Source: Massalongia carnosa
Lineage: Eukaryota
Direction: 5' to 3'
Assembly: GCA_965645245.1 (NCBI GenBank)
Contig: OZ287078.1
Location: 930,001-994,000 of the forward strand
DNA: 64,000 nt
The position numbers and the translations under genes are program-made. This document shows, one piece after another, positions 63,329 through 64,000 of this stretch (positions are counted from its first letter, which is position 1; each line of letters opens with the position of its first letter). The notes below the pieces were generated by a model that worked only from the letters and a program-made list of their open reading frames with translations, searched no databases and was not told the DNA's origin.

Positions 63329-64000
63329 ATGTCCTCCCAACAACAACCCGCCGAGAACGGGCACGGGAAAGAAACCCCCCCGCCCCCTTCCTTGGCATCA
63401 GCGTCCGCTTCAGCTTCTGTGCCTACTTTCCAGGATCAGGTTCGGGATGGGGATGGGGATGGGGATGGGGATCGGAGGATTCGTGTTGTAGGTTTTTTGC
63501 AAAATTTTTTTTTTTTGCAAGAATCTTCCTCGCGCTATCAATCAATAGCGTCTTTGGATGAATTTGACGGATTTTCGTGTTTTTGGGGGGAGGGGAGGGT
63601 TGAGGTTTCTTCTCCTCTCTTACGATCCTATTTTTACCTCTCTCTTCATCTACCCAACCTACAAGCCACTCACTCCCTTTATTTCTTCTTTTTTCCTTAT
63701 CTTGTTTCCTCCTCATCCATCCATCCATCCATCCATCCACCTAACTCATCCAGCAAGCAAGCTAACAAGCCCCCCAAACAGTTACCCGGCGCCAGCGACA
63801 CAGCCGCCTCCTTCGAGTTCGAGGGCGAGGACCACACGCTCGGAAACGCCTTGCGGTGGATGATTATGAAGAAGTAAGCAAGCCGCTCCTATTATTTCCC
63901 CTTGTCAGTGAGGTATAGGAGCCCGTTTGGGGAGATTTGTTCCAGAGCCGCAGCTTTCTACTCCACCTCCTCCTTTCACTTCCCCTTTCGAAGCTCCTTC
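63329..64000 (+). CDS. RPC19: RNA polymerase I/III subunit AC19 (5' part; runs off the window)
   Basis: RIRV|LPGASDTAASFEFEGEDHTLGNALRWMIMK after intron ~63489-63781; next donor GTAAGC at ~63874. Confidence 0.88.

Noticed and set aside
63444..63472. (GGGGAT)n run as a G-quadruplex element
   Set aside because: A coding microsatellite (DG repeats) in the variable N-terminus of RPC19; nothing indicates function.

Overview
Intron-rich filamentous ascomycete (Pezizomycotina) genomic DNA; a lichen-forming lineage is plausible but is only my impression. The housekeeping genes, in order, are: seryl-tRNA synthetase (3' part), a C78/ZUP1-like peptidase, FAP7/AK6, HAM1, class V myosin, NAP1, a P5B ATPase, a CNMT/CFA-synthase-like methyltransferase, a 51-aa NDUFB2-like gene missed by the ORF track, intronless BUR1, aspartate kinase, a Sep1/Hcm1-like forkhead factor, a NIF-family phosphatase-like gene, RRP36, an uncharacterised S/P-rich protein and the 5' part of RPC19. 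Positions ~20.5-36.8 kb resolve into one transposon nest inside a single dead pogo/Fot1-like element. The nest holds a 4.55-kb Tc1/IS630-type element with 210-bp TIRs, a second Tc1, a LINE fragment, a chromoviral Ty3/Gypsy element and four solo LTRs, most with target-site duplications (TSDs). A near-intact GalEa-type Copia lies at 41.8-47.7 kb. The best candidate for a new system is the long-TIR element. It has two convergent genes, each starting just inside a TIR: an intact DD34E transposase, and an ~890-aa cargo protein (reconstructed by removing a solo LTR) ending in ~43 perfect EEEVD repeats. Also notable: an apparent CpC>TpC hypermutation bias in old elements, a self-priming primer-binding site (PBS) in the Gypsy element, a conserved LINE 3' UUCG stem-loop, and abrupt shifts into GC-rich, homopolymer-rich domains. 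No tRNA, rRNA or CRISPR was seen. All calls are by eye, without database searches.
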